Positions 34,849-48,768 of a DNA stretch of 64,000 nt are shown one piece after another. The position numbers and the translations under genes were made by a program. Source of the stretch: Oikopleura dioica (Eukaryota; Animalia; Chordata); assembly GCA_907165135.1 (NCBI GenBank), contig OU015566.1, positions 6,944,001 through 7,008,000 on the forward strand, given 5' to 3'. The notes beneath the pieces were generated by a model, which did not search any database, was not told the origin of the DNA, and was given only the letters and a program-made list of their open reading frames with translations. Within the stretch, counting starts at the first letter, position 1. Every line of letters starts with the position of its first letter.

Positions 34849-37344
34849 ATGGACACGGCAAAGCTAGAAAGTTTGCTGGTTAGATTGGAGACTGCGGTCG
34901 CCAAGTTGGAAGGGCGCGCCGGAGGAGCTGCTGCCCCCGCTGCTGGTGGTGATTCTAGCGCTGATGCTGCTTCAACCAGGTAAAAAGATGTTCTTCTCCA
35001 ACTCTCTCAAGCTTTTCAAGTCCATCCTTCCTTGATTACTCAGCGTGGCTCGACTCCTCCATCAAGCCCTTTGTCGACGCGTCCACTGCCCTCGGCGACG
35101 ACATCGCAAAAATGGGCGCTCTCGTCCAAAAAGTCTTCGACGCGCAGAAGACCTTCATCCTCCTCGCCGCAAAACATTCCAAACCCGCCGACAGTGACCT
35201 CCAAAAGATCCTCGAACCGCAGGTCAAAGCAATTACTGGCGTAACGGAGTTCCGCGAGGCATCCCGCCGCTCGAAATACTTCAACCACTTGTCGGCCGTC
35301 TCCGAAGCCATTCCGGGTATGTAATTATCGGGCGCTTTTTATGCATGAATTTTGTTGTTTATGCAACAATAGAGCTCCAATACTAAAAAATACCAAAATA
35401 GCAATTGTTAATAAACTTCAACGATACGTTTCTGAACCCTTCTCATTAACCCGTTGTTTACACAAAATTCAGCTGTGTCCTGGATCTGCGTTTCCCCAAC
35501 ACCTGGCCCTTATGTCAAGGAAATGAGCGACGCTGCGATGTTTTACACGAACCGAGTTCTCAAGGAATACAGAGAGACATCGCCCGAGCATGTTGCGTGG
35601 ACTAAATTGCTCTTAGGGGCGCTTAGGGAGCTCCAGGCTTACATCAAGCAGCACCATACTACTGGACTGACTTGGAATCCACAGGTACTTCAACTCAAGC
35701 CCCATGTAATTTATCATCCCTTCAGGGATCACGGCTAGAGCCAAAGCACATTATGCGCCCTGTTCTTTCCCCAAAGCCCAACCGAAAATCCCCCACCCCT
35801 CCTCCTCGGTCTTCATTGCCTCCCCTCCACCTCCTTCTAGCCCTCCCCCACCCCCTGTCCCCAATTTTATCCCTCCTCCACCGCCCATGGGACCTCCTCC
35901 TCCACCACCAGCATCCGCCAAGCCCGCTCCTCCCACGAGTGATGAAAATACGCTCGCGTTATTCAATGAAATCAACTCGAAAGGACTTGGCATCTCACAG
36001 GGTAAAGATGATTGAGTTTTGATTTGAGTCAAATCATTTGACCCCATCTGAAAAAAGTGTGAAAAGAGCATGTGTTTTTTGGTTTTGTGTGACATTGTTT
36101 TGAAACTAACCTACTTAGGGTTCACCTGCGAAGCCAGGCGCTGCCGGATCCGAAAAGCCAAAAGTGGCGCCTAAACCTCGCGCAGCAGCTGGAGGTGCTC
36201 CGCCACCACCACCTCCATCAGCGCCCGGAGGACCTCCACCACCTCCACCACCAGCAGAGGGTCTCCCAGCGGCCTCTGCTGGCGGCAACGAGGAAATCGA
36301 CAGATCGGCACTCTTCGCCGCGCTCAATAAGGGATCTGATATTACTGCAGGTACGCAAATCGAGCTAAAAGAGCGAAAGAACAAAGCTTAAAGTTCTGGC
36401 TATTAGAATTACTCTGGGACTTAACGGAATATGTCAGATCGCTTTTGGGTAATAAAGATCGACTTCTAATCGGGTTTTCTGAATTTGAATGTATTAACTC
36501 ATCTGCGTGGCTATTTTCTAACACTCTCCTTCGCGAGGAAAAGCTCTCATTTTTCTTTAGGCTTGAAAAAAGTAACGAGTGATATGCAAACACACAAGAA
36601 CACTGCCCTGAGGAAAACCAGCCAGGTCAACTCATCTGCAAAGCCCTACAGCGCGCCTAAGCCAAAAAGCGTCGTCAAAACTGAAGTTGTCAAGGATCCC
36701 GTCTTCGAGCTCGACAGCAAGAAATGGATGGTAATAAACTGACCTTTCTCCTTCCAAAATCTAAAACCCTTCTTTTAGATCGAGTATCAACGAGGAAACA
36801 AAGGTCTCACAATCGATGGAAACATGAAACAAACTGTCTATGTCTTCAAATGCCAGGACTCAACAATTACTGTCAATGGAAAGGTCGGCTTTATCAACCT
36901 CTTGCTCTCCATAAATTAACCCTGTTGTAGGTGAATAGCATCATCCTTGACACCTGCAAAAAGTGCGCACTTGTCTTCAACGATTCCGTCGCCGGTATCG
37001 AAGTTATCAACAGTCAGCGAATCCAGGCGCAAGTCACTGGAAAATGCCCAATCATTAATGGTATCTTTGATCGTTTTCGTCATTTTTCACTGTGCTTTAG
37101 TCGATAAGACTGATGGCTTCCAAATGTATCTGAGCAAGGAATCGATCGACTGTGAAATCATTACTGCTAAAGTTTCTGAGGTAAGGTCAAACAAAGATGA
37201 TCAGATGTTAACTCTCTTCAGATCAACATCATGATCCCCGAAGGAGACGACTACACCGAGAAAGCCGTTGTCGAGCAGTTCAAGACCGTCTGGGATCCCG
37301 TCAAGAAGCAAATGGTCACGACACCCGTCGAAATCTGCGGATAA
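34849..37344 (+). CDS. CAP1: Adenylyl cyclase-associated protein (CAP/Srv2)
   Basis: LESLLVRLETAVAKLE, FNHLSAVSEAIP, AAMFYTNRVLKEY, YIKQHHTTGLTWN, poly-Pro, RSALFAALNKG..GLKKV, CARP domain, EQFKT. Confidence 0.96.
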
Positions 37345-37944
37345 ATGCAAAATGAACAAACCCTGAAACAACAATTCCATTTCAACTTGAATAAACTTCT
37401 TCTTTTCTTTGATCCTTTCTTTATTGAGAGATTCTTTATCAATTTTACTACATTTTTACTTGCGCACAGAATGTTCACATTTCAACTCAAACAAACGCTG
37501 GAGAAAAAATTTTCAAGATCAATATCTCCAGCGAATTTTTACTGCACTAACACATGTTCTTTTGTTTATTTACTTATCTTCTTTACTTTTAACCTAATTG
37601 TTGATGTTCCACAAAGATCAAATGATTTTCAATTGTTGCATGAATTCAAACCAACCCGTTTCTCCTAGCCATGTCAAATTTCAAATTTAGACCAATTCAA
37701 GACTCTAACACTTCAAGGCAAGAATGCAAAATTACAAGCTCTACTCCCAATTTAATGCCAATCTGTTTTTTTTAACCAATCATCAATTTTCACGCTTTAC
37801 ACTTTCTTTTACTCTTTATATTGGTGACTTCAAATATTCAATATCTTATCAAGAAAATACTATACATCCTATATTACTACATGTCCATTGAATAAAGTGC
37901 CTGATTCTTTCAACCATAATTCGCTCAAGTAAGATATTCAAAGA

Positions 37945-38644
37945 ATGAACTTTCTCAGAAACTTGCTTCACGGGCAGCGCCACTTGACCATGCGAACTCT
38001 TCCCAAAGTCGGTCCTGTGGCCGAAGAACATCATGTGAATGGCAACTCGCTGTTTGAATTCCCGGATAACACCCAGTCCATTACTTTCGGACTGGGCTGC
38101 TTCTGGGGCGCGGAACGACGATTCTGGGAGCAAAAGGGAGTTTGGTCCACTCAAGCTGGCTATGCAGGCGGCGGGTACCCGAATCCGACCTATGAGGAGA
38201 CTTGCAAAGGACATGCGATGAAGAATCAACATGCTGAGGTTGTCCGAGTCGTTTATGATCCATCAGAAGTGCCGGTAATGCTCATTCCTCCCTTTCAATA
38301 ACTTAATTTCTCTCCCAAAGCTCGAGAGCCTCATCCAAGTCTTCTGGGAAGCTCACGATCCAACTCAGGGCGACCGACAAGGAAATGACCGAGGGCCCCA
38401 GTACCGCAGCGCTATTTACACCAACAGTGAAGAAGATCTCGCTCTTGCCCGCTCCTCTCGCGACTTTTACCAAAACGAATTGAAGAAAAAGAACATCAAC
38501 TCCGTAATCACTACTGAAATTAAAATGCTGGACGAGTTCTACTACGCCGAAGACTACCATCAACAATATTTGAGCAAGAACCCATGGGGTTATTGTGGCC
38601 TCAAGGGTACTGGTGTTTCATGCCCGCTTCCACCGAAGAAATAA
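37945..38644 (+). CDS. MSRA: Peptide methionine sulfoxide reductase A
   Basis: [71 protein letters not shown]. Confidence 0.97.
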
Positions 38645-38798
38645 ATAGTTCCAAACTTTATTCTGAAGCTTTTTCTTGAAACTGATGATTTCCTGCTTTG
38701 AACAAAAATAACTGATATTGACCTTCTCTCTATTCCCTCTTCATTAAATCAAAGTATTATTCACGAACTTGTCGCCTTTCAACCTTTTCAATTCAAGA

Positions 38799-39429
38799 AT
38801 GCGGTCGGTTCTCAGTCGCCCCATCGCTTCGCTTCGAAATTCGCTTCGTCGCGGTGGCGAGTGGCACGCACCAACCCCTGAACAGATGCGAGGAGCCCAG
38901 AACAACTGGCTTTACATGCACTTCTTCTCCGAGCGTGGTTGGTTCCCCGCTGAGGTAAGACCCGCTTCTATCCCCAACCTCATCGTGTTTTTAGTCGAAC
39001 ACAACATACGAAACCGAGCTTGCCCGGATCTCCAAAGAACTCGGTTGGGATGCTGAACATGCTCATCTCCCCGCTGCTGATTTTACTCTCGAAGAACGAC
39101 GATACTGGGCCTGGAATGACCGATTCTGGACCATTTCAATTGGCTTTGCTCTTGGCCTCTTTCCTTTTATGACCGGTAGTTTTGCTTTACGAAGGCTCCT
39201 AACATAATTCGCCCTAGATTACCTTGGAAACCAAAGTGAACATTCCCGACGGGAAGCAATTCTGCGCATCCGAGAAGCCGCTGCTGCCGGCAAATCCCCC
39301 ATCGACCCCGACTACGTTCCCAATGAGCTCATCGAATCCATGGTCCCACCAGCCGGCGACTGGGAAAAGATCTGGCTCAGCCGACAGCCCTCCACCATGT
39401 CTAGAGGATCTGCCAAGTGGTGCTGGTAA
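38799..39429 (+). CDS. NDUFB11: Complex I ESSS subunit-like (NDUFB11-like)
   Basis: Presequence-like MRSVLSRPIASLRNSLRRG; one TM (WTISIGFALGLFPFM); EHSRREAILRIREAAAAGKSPIDPDYVP resembles the EWxRREA..REAxGxP..xYxDP motif. Confidence 0.62.
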
Positions 39430-42400
39430 TTTCTTAAGCCCGCCGCGCTGACGAATATTTATTATAACTTGCAACAATTACTTCGCGAAAAAATACATGA
39501 AAATATTATGAAAAACTTGACTATTGGGTTCGACATTCAAGTCAGTTCCAGTGCAAGTGTAAAATTTAATGTTTATTTAAGACAATTTAATTTCAATGGG
39601 AGAATTAAAAAATATCAAAAAAAAATAATGATTCGGCAGGGTGATGTTTATTTCACAGCGGCATTGGCATGAAAGTTTCTATACTAATGTTTTTGTTTCA
39701 TCAAAAAAATAATTTTTAACATGATTTACAGATCAGATTCTAAGATTCAGATGAGAAAACAGATCATGAAGATGTTTTAGACTCATTTTGTCAATAAAAT
39801 CGCATTTTGAACGAGTAAAAAAGCAAGTTTATCTTAACTTTTGGGCAGGTACTCTGTCAATGCTGAACTTTTATACCGAGGATGTCATACCAAAATGCCT
39901 AAAAATGGATCGATCCAAAACATAAGCTGAAGCAACCACGACATCTGAATTTTTAGCGTGTTTGAAACTTCAAGTTGAAGTTCAACCACAACCCAATCAT
40001 TTTCCCAGTTTAAACGGTCATGTGTTTATTGAGGTGTTGTCAGCGTTTTCGCGGAACACTAATTAGAATAAAAACAAGAGCTTCAGATTCATTTCATAAC
40101 TGGAGAAGGAAAATGGTAAATTTCGTTGTCTCTAAAAGTTAGTTAAACTTTAACACTACACATTGAGGCTTCTTCGGATTCATTTCATCACTCGTAAAAA
40201 ATGTAAAATATTCCTCCATCAAATCATTGAAATCGGGCTTTTATACTGCCTTCTTTCAGATTATGATCAGCATAAAATTCGCATTCAAAGAAGCAAGAGG
40301 CCTCAAATGGATCGATCTAAAGCATAAAGTGGGCCAAGAACGAAATCTGTATATTTTCAGCCCGTTTGAAACTTCAACCGCATCCCAAGCCACGCATCAT
40401 TACAGGTGCTCAAGGATGAAAGCGCGCCGCCGCCAAAATAGCCCCTTTTAAATATTTACATAAAGTCTTGACGCCCAAGTCTTCCATTACCCAGATAGCC
40501 AGCGCCTTTCAAAAGCAAAAGGAAGCAGAAGTAACTTGAAGCGGAGGAGAATGTAAATATCAACAGCATGTGTGGCTTCTCATGACCTACTAAATAGCGA
40601 AGTGAGCGCGAAATTGGATTATGGTGATTTTGCAGCGAATGGGTGGGGCGAAAGGCAAATCTCTTGGAAAATTGAGGAGCTTGATGCCTTGAGGATGGGC
40701 TTATTTCTAAAATAAGGACATCTCTGATTCAAGAATCGTCTAATTTATCCTTCGGGATGGTCTTATTTTGAAGGTCTCCGTGGCCTTTTAAACGCTCTTT
40801 TCTGACAATTCTTCTTTTGCCTTTTTAGAATAGTACTGGGTTTACTAGATAATCCGATTTGCCGAAGCCAAAATAGGCTGCGCTTCGATCTCGCCGCAAA
40901 ATTTTAACCATATTCCTGGATAAGGTTAGGGACGGGAACAAGACAAATTCCGAAAATGCCGCGACGTGGTTCGCCGCCCGCAAATGACTTTCCCATGCAG
41001 CAGCAGTAGCGCCTTGCCACCTTTAGACATTCAATACACGTTCGAGGTTTCATTTTGTATCAAGTTTATTTCATCAAGTTTATTTTATTGAGTTTACATG
41101 ATAACAGGTAGACTAATTTTTTAGAAAAGCCATGAAGCTTTTAGCTTATACCCAAAAATCAATAGTAATGAAGATTTCCATTTTATAAGTTCAAATAATT
41201 TGCTATTCGATTTGATTCTAACTTCAGCATGAGCTTTATCATTTTATTTTCACATAGTTAATTTTAGAATATAAGGTCTATTCTTTTCGATATCATTTTC
41301 TTTTTTCTCCATTAATTTTCTCCGTCAAAGGTTTCATGCCGAATTTTGGTAATAGACTGTTATTTGGTTCATTTTACTTTTGGTAATCGAATTTCAAGAC
41401 TCATTCCTTTTATACTTTATCAATGATGGCGCTGTACAAACACCAAAATTTATTGAGTTTTGATAAGAATCAACAAAAACGGGCCCAAATTCGAAGCGCT
41501 CAAATTTAAGCGCTATTGAAAGCAATAAATAAATCTTCAAGGAGTCGCAATAAATCAGGGCATCTGATTTCTAATCCGCCCGTATCAGCTGTTCCCGGCG
41601 GTGCAATTTCATGCGGGTACTACTACGGGTGGTGGCGGTGGTGTTAGTGGCGTTAAAACGCAGCGCTGATTGGTGGAATCGTTGGCGTTTGGCGCCGTTC
41701 CCAATTTGTCTTTTTTGTTATTTTATCGCGGACGAGGATCACGCCCGGACAGAGTGTGGTAGCTTGAGCCGAAGCGCGCGCTACCGCACTCGTGTTTCCA
41801 ATTCTGCCCACTCGGCAGAAGAACGAACCAAATCAACCCGTCAGATGGCGCTGTCGAGCTGCGGCGAGGAACCAGGCGCGTGCTGTTTTTCTGGACGAGC
41901 GGATTTACTAAAGTGGGCGTAGGCGAAGCTCTAAGGGCTTCGAGCAAGGAGCTATCGATTGAAATCAACTGAAATCAACGAGGACAACCAGGTCTTTCAT
42001 CGGAGCCGGAAGGATCATCAACTGTCTTGTTTCTAGCGTATCATTTTGCTTGAAGAAGTCGCCTGTTAATAAATTAAGTGATATGGAAGAAATGATAGGT
42101 CCTTTCAACGACAATCAAAAAAAAATTACGATCTCTTCGGATATTCTAATTGCCGTAGCCAGTAAGATAAAGCTTGGAATTAAAAGCAATTTCCGCCAAC
42201 ATTAAAATCATCAGAAACAACTTTAATTTTAAATTATTTTGAAAGGTATCAATTCGTTGATTTCAACATTTCAACTTATCTTTTTAGCTTCATTTCGTCG
42301 AATTAAAGTGACAGTAGAATCACAATCAGCTTTATATCAGCTACAGATCTCACTGTAACTCATCCATCTTCGTTTTCGTCCGCCTTTTTTGTATAATTTA

Positions 42401-45400
42401 CCGAAACTAAACGTGTAACTTAGTGACAGATTTTATTAATATGAAATCATTACTGGAATTTATTCTTGTTTTTTTCATGCTAAAAGCTTCTTTGTCCCAA
42501 GAAATCGAGTGTCGCTGAGATAGAGCGACGCGAGACAAGTCCTGTCAGTTGTAATTTATACCAGCACTCGGCAGCATCCGTCCGCTGCTCTTTTTAGCAG
42601 GAAATAAATAAAAGTTGGTCGAAAAGAATATTGAGGATGAAAGTATTTGCTCAGCTGCTTTGGATGCAAGAAAGAGAATATAATTTGCGGAGTGCCATCT
42701 GGAGTTTATTTTGACGCGTTTTTGCAGCGATAGAAGTCGTCAAAAAAGTGTCAAGCGAGGCAAAAGCTCTTGAGTGGTGGCGCTGTCGAGTGATTTCGTA
42801 CAGCGCAAATTAAACCATTCACCAGCGAAAACCAAAACGCGAAAAAAGCTCATGCACCACACTCAGCGCCTCAAATAATTCTTATTTTCAAAAGACGACT
42901 ACATTCTGCGTTAGGGTGTGCAGAAATCTCAAAATTTCTTCTTTTTTATTGATCAAATTTTGGATTAAATATTGGCTAAACTATATTGTGAATTAATATA
43001 TTGAAACGTGTTATTCAAAAATTTTAATGAATATTTCAAAATTAATGTCCTAATAGAATTTTTGCTAATAAGATCGATACGTATATAGGGAGCATTCTCA
43101 ATCCGTTTTTAGGGTGTCCAATCAGGCAAATAATTTGCATGTCAAAAGTCAAAATTGTCAATTTTCTTTTGAATTTTAAATTTTCTGAAGAATTGAATTC
43201 TTTTCTAGGAATACAGTAAATACAACAGTTAGAATCCTGTCCGAAAACACTGAAGAAGCGTGGCGCACCCTATTCAGCAATTTTACTAGACCGGGGACTT
43301 GGGGCGCGCGATGTGTGCGCTTGATCCCCCGACCCGTCGTGTCGTTTAGGAAATTGATCACTCTCGTAGACACGGCCTCGTCAAACACTAAAATATTCAA
43401 CCAGCAATAGAAAGAGCCGTTTTTTCATATCGGGGCGACATCAAGTGGCCATCAAAGTTTTATTTCCTGTTTTTTTTTTCTTCTAAAAAATCAGTTTTGA
43501 AATTTAAATCTTGAACAAATGGAAACAAGTTTGAAAATTCAAAACTCGAGGGAACAAGGCGCGCCAAATGGACGTACTCAACCTGTGGTTCATGCCAATT
43601 ATGTATAATTACTAAACAGTATGCTTTGTGGTTTTTAAGACAGCCGCAAAGGCCAAGAAGACGGGCAGGCGCCATCATGCGTTAAAGAAATTTCACGGAC
43701 AACAAGGGGTTTTTCTCGTTTATTTTAACAGGAATGACAACTTCAGACTGGCTTTTAATTTAGGAACTCTTTTCGAAACTCATTTGATGTTCTTGATTTT
43801 TCATTTTATCATTTTTTTCTCACTCTCATGCCATTTTTCACCTGAACTTCCAGTTTTATCCGAAAAAACTGGGTCCCGTAAATACACGCAGCAGGAAGTC
43901 CCACCCCGGAATAAACCAATTTTGGCCTAATTTTCTAAACCGAGCCATTTTTTTATTTAGGCCAACATGCTTTGACTTGCAATATTTATCATAAACTGCT
44001 TCATGTTATTTTCTATGGGCAGAAAACGCTGAGCTTATCCTTATCGGATCATTCACGGCGCCCATAAATGGAACTCACGCAGAGAACTCCAAATATCATC
44101 TTGCTTCTAATGCTTGCGCGCGCCACCTAGACCGCGGTCGTTTTTTCAGCTTCTGGCCGCCAAGGAGCGTCCGGAAACGCGTAATTATCATTTGATGGGG
44201 TCGAAATTTGCATCATACGTTGTTTACAAGCATTTTTTGGTAGAATAAGATGCTTGAATTGCTTTTTTAAAAAGGTTTTCTCTATGCTCCGGAGCGCCCT
44301 CAGTTTATTTTTATAGTGCGATAAGGATTTCAACGAATAGTTTTTATTTCAGTGTATAGATCTCAATTAATTTGCTGAATTTTATCGGGATGCAAGGCTT
44401 GAATCAGTTTCATTCTAATGTTTCTACTGAAAATTCAGTTTCAATCTGCGCTTATATTTGAAAATTTTCACGGTTAAATTTTCTGGTCTGTTTGTTCGGA
44501 ATTCGAAGTTCAAACCATTTTTTGAAATTTCAATTTCTTTGAAAATCGATTGAGAAAGAATTTTGTAAGCAACAAGTTAAAGGATGAAGTAAAATTAATC
44601 AATTCTCAAGAGCATATTAAGCGTGATATTGATAGGATTTACGAGCGGCGAAAAGCGCGAAAATAAGCAGATTAGACCCACGAGTTGCAGATGATGGTTT
44701 TTCGCATTGCTATTTTTCGTGTCCTCGTCGATCTACTGTTAGATGAATGAAAGAAGGAAGACCAGTCCTTTCTTGGAGCTGGAGACCTGTAGAAAAAGAA
44801 CGAACCGGAAAAATGGCGCGTTCCTGAAAATGGTGGTTCATTTCTTGGCATCGTGAAATTTTACCAGATGAACATTTGTGCACTCCGAAGGTGAAATTAT
44901 CATTCATTCTTCAAATGAAAACGCAATGAATTTTAAACATTTTTTATTCGCCAGCACAAACAACATCTTTTCTGTAATCAAAAATTTCAAAATGAAACAA
45001 ATACCTTCCTATTTTTTGCCTGCTCTGCGATTGTTGAATTCTAAATAAATGAATACAGTAAATCAGTCATATGTTCATTACTTTGAAGGATGAGGCCGAA
45101 ACAAATCGTCAGTGCTGGATAAAAATTCATACGATTATTAGTTCAACAATGTTGTTGAAATAGTGCGTTCCCGATGGTTCACTTTTGGGACTGTAAAATT
45201 TTTATCAGATTGACTCGTCAATAAAAGGTGCTAGCATCAACAAAAAATATAGAAAAATAAAATGATGAACCTAACTAAATTTATGTGTACTCACCGTTAG
45301 CTGAACAGAGATGACTGGATCTTATGGAAGTCAACTGAATTAAAAACATATAAAATGCAACTCGACCTCTTCCAATGACTTTACATAGGATATTACCGTA

Positions 45401-46430
45401 GGTATTAATTTTTTTGTCTTTCACTGTATTCAAACATTTATAATTTTAAATTTTGCATTTCCTGTTCAAAATAAAGGGGTTTTCATTGGAATAAAATGGA
45501 TTTTGGTATCTTCTTTTTAATTCTTCTTTGGCAGAGGTTTCTTTACTCCCCGCGTTGGGAAAACAAAAACATGCGGATTTGGGCACAGCAGCTGTCTTAT
45601 TGTCCGTTTGAGCGGGGGAGAGCTGAGCTCCTTATCTGCGCTGACCTCGATTTAATCCTAATTTAGGATAGAGAGCTCTTGCGTTTTGGCAAAAACAATC
45701 ATCGACTCTTGGCGCCGCATTTCTTACAAATGCGAAATATTGATATCATATCAACTCGACAGACTTATCAACAGGAACTCTTTGTCAAAACTTGACTTGA
45801 TTATCGACCTACAGAAAACAATCATTTTAACATCATCACGTGATCTTTCAGGCCCCGATTCATGGAGCTAGAAAACCTAAGTCAGATTCTGAAAAAGCTT
45901 AAATATAAAGCCGCGTAGCGGCTTTTACAGTCACAAAGCCGCCAAGCGGCTTTGCAAATATCAGCATCACAATCAAAACATTCTAGTTTTTCCTAAGAAG
46001 GTATTTTGCTCGTATTAAATCAAGTCCTTTCTGTATAACTATAATCAGAAGAAATCGAAATAGGAGCAAAAATAAACCTGTGGGAAGAAGCAAAAACTCG
46101 ACTCAACGTCAATTTATTCACATCAAATATTTCCACTTCTGTCACCGTCATTGTATTCCTCTCACAATTTATTTGTCCCAGCCCTTTTTAAGCGATTTTA
46201 ATTACCCTCTTCAAGCTTTAATTATCCATTTTGCTTACATGTGTTTTTGATGAGATTGAGACCCTTTTTACAGTAAGTAATTAAATACTTTTTGTATTTC
46301 TCAAATAAAATTTGTAAATAACAAAGATTTGTTTTGACATATGAAGGAAATATAATTTTTCAGAAAAGAGAAAAAGCCGCAAGATCATCTTTTCGATAAT
46401 CTTTGTTTTTTGAGCAAAAACTCTGTTGTA

Positions 46431-46654
46431 CAGGGCTCGGCAATCTTTGTAGAAAACCTGAGTCAGGGTCTGAAAGACTGAAATTAAAAGCCGCATAGCG
46501 GCTTTCTTTATAAAGCTAGAACTTTTTATAGAGTGTAATGGTAATATTCGCGAAGCCGCCGAGCGGCTTCGTTCTCAAAAAAGCCGCTGCGCGGCTTTTC
46601 ATTTCAGCTCTTTCGGACCCTGACCCAGGTTTTCTACACAGGTTGCCGAGCGCA
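46431..46654. mobile_element. Composite hAT-like MITE (outer cagggctcggcaa end; inner cagggtctgaaa..tttcggaccctg unit at 46464-46622)
   Basis: ~60-bp imperfect inverted repeats; three aagccgc-N-gcggctt hairpins; a degenerate related copy at ~45890-45960. Confidence 0.75.
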
Positions 46655-47213
46655 GTTTTTGTTAGAATTTCTAAATTGTTGTTTGAATTTGAGTAATTTT
46701 AGAACGTGTAAATTTCTACTGTACTCGAAAGTTGCAAAGTCTTTATTTTAGCTCAATATTTGCAAAGTAAAGTTTTACAGTTTACGCAGTGTTTCGTAAC
46801 TATTTTTTATATTTCGCTGCGGAAATGACGATCAAAAGGCATGCCGCCGTGAGCCATCATAATTGGATTGAGCGCATTTTCGTGGTGGCGTTTTTGAGTT
46901 GTGTTCGGATCTGGCGGAGGTGAGGGGGTCTGGTGCCGCGCCCGCAGGAAGGAGCTGCACTTCTAATGCCACTACGAGCACGACGGCGTTGTAAAGACTC
47001 TTATCTGCCAATAAACAGCCAGCAATAGTATTGATTTTGCAAACTAGCAAGAAGAATAATCCATTACGCATGCTAAGGCGCATATTGCCGATTTATAAGC
47101 TCTCGTATCGAGCTTTACTGTCAAAGCACTTTAGTTTATCCAATAAGATTGTTTAAAATGATGATTGCAGACTAACTAATAGTTTATACAAAGAATTTAT
47201 GATTATTTATGTC

Positions 47214-47447
47214 ATTTATTGTAAAAAACGTATTTTTCGAAGAAAATCGACTAAAAATTTATAAGATTCGCGACTTTAACACGAGAAGCCGCTTGCGGCT
47301 TCGAGATTCAATAGAAGAAAGCCGCGCAAAGCGCGGCTAAAATATTAATATCTCAAAGCCGCAAGCGGCTTCTCGAGTTAAAGTCGCAAATGTTATGAAT
47401 TTTTAGTCGAATTTTTTTTCGAAAAAACTCTTATTTTGTCAATAAAT
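47214..47447. mobile_element. Palindromic MITE-like element
   Basis: ~95-bp imperfect inverted repeats (atttattg..tttttcgaa..tcgactaaaaatt..cgactttaac.cgagaagccgcttgcggctt) around a central aagccgcgc..gcgcggct hairpin. Confidence 0.78.
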
Positions 47448-48611
47448 TAAACAACAAAATTGAAGTTTAGCATTTAACATGTTGATTAAAGTGGCTTCGA
47501 ATGAACAGCTCTTATTTTATACGTTTTGAAGAGAGACCAGAGAGCTCTTATTTTGGGAATTAATCTTGGTTAGTATTGGTTATTTTAGTTTTGAAATCAG
47601 TGCGCGCCCTTATTAGCCGCAATTATATGCCCCTTTCAAGGTGGGTATCGAGTGGGGCGTATAAAAATTGAGTTTTTAATTAACGGTGGCGCTTTTGAAA
47701 GGTGTCATTTGGCGGAAAGTGAAAGAAATTCAATATTCATGAATTAGCTCAGTGTCGCGCTCAACACACAAGAAAAATCGAAGGAACAAAAAACTGTAAT
47801 TCGGCGCGCTTATTTCCGGATTTGGAGGCCCTTTCGTAAATACGCTGTGTATTGTAGTTTTATCAGAAAGGAAGCAGGATCTTGAGAGAGAGGATAATTC
47901 TTTGAGAAATCGTTTCCGGCGCTACTTGAGTGAACCGAGCCAGGTGTCTTTCTCAAACTTTTGCTTTCGTATGCAAATTCAGATTGTTCTCAAATCTATT
48001 TCAATCATATTTTTTCTCCTCTCTGACATGCGAGAATTGACAGGCGCCTGATGTTCAAGAGTGCTTTTTATTGAAAACTGATTCAGGAGGAAGGCATCAT
48101 GAATCGGGGTTCTCGTTTTCTGATTAAAATAAAAGTGTTACTGCTACATTGGGACACCCTTAATTTTTTAACTAAAAGAAAGATTAGGTCTTATTTTTCA
48201 TAAATTTTTATAAAATCTTCACTTAAAATTGACTTATTTTGCAAAAATGGCCGGTTCTGGTGGCGAATTTTCCTAGTAATAGTGAAAAATGATGAGTTTT
48301 TATTAGAGTTTTCTGATATCTTGAAAAATAGAAGTAAAAATACCATAGCAAATATCCATTTATACAAAAGCAATCAGAGTGAGATGAAAGAATGCTAAAG
48401 AGAAAGAAAGAGGGCAAAGAATGTTAATTCTATCAAAGTCCACTTTTGAAGCGCCTCGCTTTGAGGTTACGAGAATGTTTCCGCGATAAATTTAATTTTA
48501 CTTTTTTATCTTGAACCGGCGCTCAAGTACTCCAAAATGACACGACACTCTAATTACCCTTTTTTAAAATCCATTTTCGAATCTTTTGTTACAGTTGAAA
48601 AATAGAAAAGT

Positions 48612-48768
48612 AGCCCTTTAGAGCCTTGCTCTAGAACTTTCAGCGTGGATCTAAAGACAGATTTCAGAGAAATTATTCTAGTGCCTGATTTCTAGAACGA
48701 TTCTTCTGAAAACCATCGTTAGATCCTCGCTGAGAGTTCTAGAGGAAGATAAGAAGCTCTAAAGGGCT
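48612..48768. mobile_element. Degenerate inverted-repeat element
   Basis: agccctttagagc..ctctagaact(t/c)tcagcg(t/a)ggatctaa is matched in inverted orientation, with a 7-nt indel. Confidence 0.6.

Noticed and set aside
38090-38120. Possible selenocysteine MsrA, given the nearby SEPHS-like gene
   Set aside because: The active site is TGC (GCFWG); no in-frame UGA or SECIS seen. The SEPHS-like gene also has AGC (Ser), not UGA.
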